From a virus (taxonomy: Duplodnaviria > Caudoviricetes), in IMG/VR virus record IMGVR_UViG_3300003690_003506, positions 1 through 62,104 of that record: 62,104 nucleotides of DNA; one strand, 5' to 3'. Position numbers and translations under genes: made by a program. The notes below the pieces were generated by a model. It ran no database searches, was not told the origin of the DNA, and was given only the letters and a program-made list of their open reading frames with translations. Shown here one piece after another: positions 58,853-62,104 of this stretch. Position 1 is the stretch's first letter, and each line of letters opens with the position of its first letter.

Positions 58853-60205
58853 ATGCCGTTTTACAAATTTAAGAAAAACGATGTATATTTTAACACACTA
58901 AAGACTTACCCAGAGGTAAAGTTTTTCATTTATAATCAAGTGTCATATTATAATGATACTCCTCATATCTCTGGATCTTTCACTGGTTCACTTCGGGCAA
59001 CTTCGCCCGGCCACGTTAGTTTATTCGAGCTTAATATTGATCGCCGCGCTGGCAGTAACGGATATATAAGTGAATTCAAGGACCCAGATGGCACCACGGT
59101 CTCTCTCAAATCTGTTAAAAATACTGGCCTGATATATCAATTTATGGTGAAGGATGCCACAAGGCTCGCATTTAGTTCAGTTACGTCGACAGCCTTTGGT
59201 GGGGCCGAGATCGGCGAGGTATTCACGGGCAGCTATCCTTACACAGCTACAATAACAAAGAAATATTATCCTGCAGCTCTCGATCGTTCTGAGGCACCGT
59301 CGATTACGCGCATCGCTGGTGGCATTGGTCGAGAAGTATCAGATTCGGGCTCTGTAACACAGTTGAGAGCTTTGAAAAACACGATAAATCACTATAATTA
59401 TGTTAATCCTCATTTTCTTTATTCGTCTTCATATATTGGGGGCCCGACAGATGCTCCCGGTGTTTTAAATCGAGATTTTGATAATATTGATGTTGGATTA
59501 ATTGACATACCGTCGATTTTTTATGGAAGTAAAATTAAGCCTGGCACCATAAAATTAGATTTTCTTATTTCCGGCAGCCTTCATGGCCGCCTGCGCGATA
59601 TAAATCAAGACGGTGTTCTTTATCAAACTGCGCCGGCAGGGTCACCTGGTTCGGGTACGGTGGCTGGGATTGCTTTATATAACGAAGGCTTTATTATATT
59701 AACAGGCAGTTGGGATTTATCTGACGGGACACACACAGAGGATTATGTTACAAAGGGTGTTAATGTGGCGCCGTCTTGGATTTACTTCGCTCAGTCGATA
59801 TCATCTTCGGTAGGTCTTGCCGACAACACTTGGATAACTACACCATCCTCTTCATTTTTGCTTGAAATGAGTGGCACCACGAAGATTCAAAATCTCACTA
59901 TGTTTGCGAACGCTCCAAAGGGCGCCCTCAATCAATCAGGCAATCCGACATTCACAAATTATGTTACAGGCGCGATTGGGGTCACAAGTAGTATGGCATA
60001 TATACAGAATCGAGAGATAGGTATTAAAAATATTGTTAGTTCGTCGTATAATACACCCAGTGCTTCTTTCGAAAGAACCACTTATATTTCTAAAATCGGA
60101 ATATATGATAAAAATATGAATTTGATTGCTATAGCAAAACCGGCAACTCCTATTAAGAAGACTGCTGAAAGAGACTTTACCTTTAAGATTGAACTGGATA
60201 TTTAA
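58853..60205 (+). CDS. Putative virion structural protein, paralogue of 57664..58800
   Basis: Shares IKPGT/IKKGS, AG..[LY]Y..G, S.NPT and a C-terminal IGIYDKNMNLIAIAK..PIKK..KIELDI. Confidence 0.65.
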   Translation: MPFYKFKKNDVYFNTLKTYPEVKFFIYNQVSYYNDTPHISGSFTGSLRATSPGHVSLFELNIDRRAGSNGYISEFKDPDGTTVSLKSVKNTGLIYQFMVKDATRLAFSSVTSTAFGGAEIGEVFTGSYPYTATITKKYYPAALDRSEAPSITRIAGGIGREVSDSGSVTQLRALKNTINHYNYVNPHFLYSSSYIGGPTDAPGVLNRDFDNIDVGLIDIPSIFYGSKIKPGTIKLDFLISGSLHGRLRDINQDGVLYQTAPAGSPGSGTVAGIALYNEGFIILTGSWDLSDGTHTEDYVTKGVNVAPSWIYFAQSISSSVGLADNTWITTPSSSFLLEMSGTTKIQNLTMFANAPKGALNQSGNPTFTNYVTGAIGVTSSMAYIQNREIGIKNIVSSSYNTPSASFERTTYISKIGIYDKNMNLIAIAKPATPIKKTAERDFTFKIELDI

Positions 60206-60738
60206 TGATCCTGGGGTTGGATGTTTCAACTAGTATAACTGGTTATACAATATTAGATTACGATGGCAATGTCGTTGCTTGTGACCACATCGATTTGCGC
60301 AAAGAAAAGAATTTTTTTAAGAAGGCTCGGGAAATCCAGGGTCGTCTCCATTTTATAGCGGACACATATAAAATAGAGCACGTCTATATTGAGCAGTCAT
60401 TGCAATCGTTTCGGTCGGGCTTCTCTTCAGCGCAAACGCTTTCATTATTATCAAAAATTAATGGCATTGTTTCCTGGTTGTGCTATAATATATTTGGAAG
60501 CGAACCGCAATATTTTGCCGCAACATCCGCTCGCAAGCTCTGCGGCATTAAAGTTCCCAAGGGCCAGAAAGCAAAAGCGGTGTCGCTGCAATTTGTGGTT
60601 GACAACGTACCCAACTTTGAGGTACAATATACAAAACATGGAAATCCTCGCCCCGGCTATGCAGACCGGTCAGATAGTTATGTTATAGCAAAGGCTGGCT
60701 GGCTGAATGAAAGACAAGAAACTCAAAATACTGGTTAA
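60205..60738 (+). CDS. ruvC: RuvC-like Holliday junction resolvase
   Basis: ILGLDVS..TGY, VYIEQ and DRSDS acidic catalytic motifs. Confidence 0.85.
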   Translation: MILGLDVSTSITGYTILDYDGNVVACDHIDLRKEKNFFKKAREIQGRLHFIADTYKIEHVYIEQSLQSFRSGFSSAQTLSLLSKINGIVSWLCYNIFGSEPQYFAATSARKLCGIKVPKGQKAKAVSLQFVVDNVPNFEVQYTKHGNPRPGYADRSDSYVIAKAGWLNERQETQNTG

Positions 60739-61642
60739 TGTGTTGGGGTCCCATTATAGGACCAACAACGAGTTTCTTTTTAAGTGCCCCTATTGCGATC
60801 ATCACAAGCGTAAATTCTCTGTAAATCTCGATAAAGGATTCTATAAATGCTGGGTCTGTGATACCCGAGGCAAGAACCTGTATCGTGTCGTTCGCCGCTT
60901 CGGCACCAACCATGATAAAGCACAGTGGCGTGATCTCACATCTGAGATTGACTTTGATAAGCTCGAAGATTTATTTGCCGAGAAAGTAGAAGAAAAACAA
61001 ATACTTGAGATGCCTGAAGGATTTGTATCTTTGGCAAATAAAGATGTGCCTCCAACTGGTTTCGCCGCAAGAAACTATCTAAGGAAGAGAAATATCAGCA
61101 AGCAAGATATTGTTTGGTGGAAAATGGGCTATTGTAGTGAGGGCGAATACGAAGGACGAATCATTATTCCATCGTTTGATGAAGAGGGTGATTTGAGTTA
61201 TTTCGTTTCCAGATCTTATGATAAGGCGTTTTATCCAAAATATAAAAATCCACCCGCAAGTAAAAATATTATATTCAACGATTTGTTTGTTGATTGGAGC
61301 TCGGATATAATTCTTGTTGAAGGAGTTTTTGATGCAATTATCGCGGGCCGCAATGCGGTTCCTGTTCTTGGATCCACATTAAACCAAAGTTCATTATTGT
61401 TGAGGAAAATTGTTAAAGAAGACGCAGGAGTCTACATTGCTCTCGATCCTGATGCAAAGAAAAAAGAACTTGAGATTATCAAAACTTTATTGGATTTTGA
61501 CATTGAAGTATGGAAGGTGGACATCGGCGACAACGACGATGTGGGCTCCATGAGCAAAGAGCAATTCCAAAAATGCCTGGAAAATGCGACCCTTATCACT
61601 TCGGACAACTATTTATTGTTGACACTTGCAATGTCAGTGTAA
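60707..61642 (+). CDS. DNA primase (Zn finger plus TOPRIM)
   Basis: CPYC..CWVC, YLRKR, RIIIP, KYKNP, LVEGVFDA and LDPD motifs. Confidence 0.9.
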   Translation: MKDKKLKILVNVLGSHYRTNNEFLFKCPYCDHHKRKFSVNLDKGFYKCWVCDTRGKNLYRVVRRFGTNHDKAQWRDLTSEIDFDKLEDLFAEKVEEKQILEMPEGFVSLANKDVPPTGFAARNYLRKRNISKQDIVWWKMGYCSEGEYEGRIIIPSFDEEGDLSYFVSRSYDKAFYPKYKNPPASKNIIFNDLFVDWSSDIILVEGVFDAIIAGRNAVPVLGSTLNQSSLLLRKIVKEDAGVYIALDPDAKKKELEIIKTLLDFDIEVWKVDIGDNDDVGSMSKEQFQKCLENATLITSDNYLLLTLAMSV

Positions 61643-61656
61643 AGGAACAATATAAA

Positions 61657-61803
61657 ATGAAACTATTATTATTAAACACCGTAGCTTTAGGTAAGGATCT
61701 TTTGTTACTCCGAGCCCCTCGTGAGCTTTATGTGCTTTTGGCGGCGAATAGTGCGGTTGCTCTTGTTGTTGGCCTCGTTGTCGGCCACTGTTCCCTGCTT
61801 TAG
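61657..61803 (+). CDS. Small hydrophobic hypothetical protein (48 aa)
   Basis: ATG at 61657 after AGGA; C-terminal TM-like segment. Preferred over the 61510 start, which lies inside the primase. Confidence 0.5.
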   Translation: MKLLLLNTVALGKDLLLLRAPRELYVLLAANSAVALVVGLVVGHCSLL

Positions 61804-61812
61804 GAGCGAAAA

Positions 61813-62013
61813 ATGAAAATCACCAAACAAAGACTTGAAGAGATTATTAAGGAAGAGCTTGGAAGCATAAGCGAAGTAACTCAGGGCCTCGGAGTAAACG
61901 AGGCGCTAGACACACTTTATCAAACAATAGATCTTTTGCTGAATATATTGGACCCCGAGACGGTGGTCCAGGAGCTCGAAGCCCAGATTAAAGACATAAG
62001 AGGCAGCCAATAG
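61813..62013 (+). CDS. Small acidic protein with MKITKQRLEEIIKEEL leader
   Basis: AGGAG RBS; 66 aa. Confidence 0.8.
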   Translation: MKITKQRLEEIIKEELGSISEVTQGLGVNEALDTLYQTIDLLLNILDPETVVQELEAQIKDIRGSQ

Positions 62014-62061
62014 ATGAAAATCACCAAGCAAAGACTCAAAGAGATTATTAGGAACGAGCTT
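61813..62061 (+). repeat. 48-nt direct repeat at the 5' ends of two tandem ORFs
   Basis: 61813-61860 versus 62014-62061 match at 42 of 48 nt, then diverge completely. Confidence 0.85.
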
Positions 62062-62104
62062 CATGAAGCGCAATCACATGTAAGAACTGAGGATCTGCTT
62101 GATA
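62014..62104 (+). CDS. Second ORF with MKITKQRLKEIIRNEL leader (3' truncated)
   Basis: ATG directly follows the TAG at 62011-62013; the frame stays open to the window end. Confidence 0.75.
   Translation, partial: MKITKQRLKEIIRNELHEAQSHVRTEDLLD

Noticed and set aside
357-60913. Many short minus-strand and alternate-frame ORFs in the supplied track
   Set aside because: All overlap longer motif-bearing + strand genes and show no recognisable motifs; they are shadow ORFs.
61510-61656. 97-aa ORF starting at 61510
   Set aside because: Its 5' part overlaps the primase gene; the ATG at 61657 with an upstream AGGA is more plausible.
1-62104. Eukaryotic giant virus (NCLDV) origin
   Set aside because: Sigma70 promoters, SD motifs, overlapping operonic genes and gp25/gp6-like baseplate genes indicate a tailed bacteriophage.
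1-62104. Stop-codon reassignment
   Set aside because: The standard code gives near-complete coding density, and TAA, TAG and TGA all end genes at sensible boundaries.
1-62104. tRNA, rRNA, introns or inteins
   Set aside because: Intergenic gaps are under ~85 nt, and no cloverleaf, intein splice motif or homing endonuclease motif was noticed. A covariance/HMM scan was not run.

Overview
This 62-kb window is densely coding, with essentially all genes on the + strand, ATGA/TAATG gene overlaps and Shine-Dalgarno-like motifs. It looks like part of a large AT-rich myovirus-type (huge/jumbo) bacteriophage genome using the standard code. Layout: (1) the end of a Cas4-like/PD-(D/E)xK nuclease gene. 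(2) A ~21.4-kb glycan cluster with GT4, GT2 and GT11-like transferases, a methyltransferase-UDP-sugar dehydrogenase fusion, two B12 radical SAM enzymes, a full NeuB/NeuC/NeuA set, a candidate sialyltransferase and a GDP-mannose 3,5-epimerase. (3) A regulatory hinge with an FmdB-like zinc ribbon and a gp55-like sigma factor. (4) A ~36.5-kb baseplate/tail module with hub-lysozyme, spike, gp25-like and gp6-like wedge genes and a 3949-aa multi-LamG protein. (5) RuvC, primase and the start of a tandem set of ORFs sharing an MKITKQRL..II..EL N-terminus. The most notable unexplained signals are strong [ST]-[GAS]-S enrichment in virion proteins next to the glycan cluster (possible virion glycosylation system), short in-frame high-GC patches in structural genes, over-representation of the palindrome GCCGGC, and a candidate late promoter CTAWTTAT. 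All calls come from reading motifs by eye; no database searches were run.
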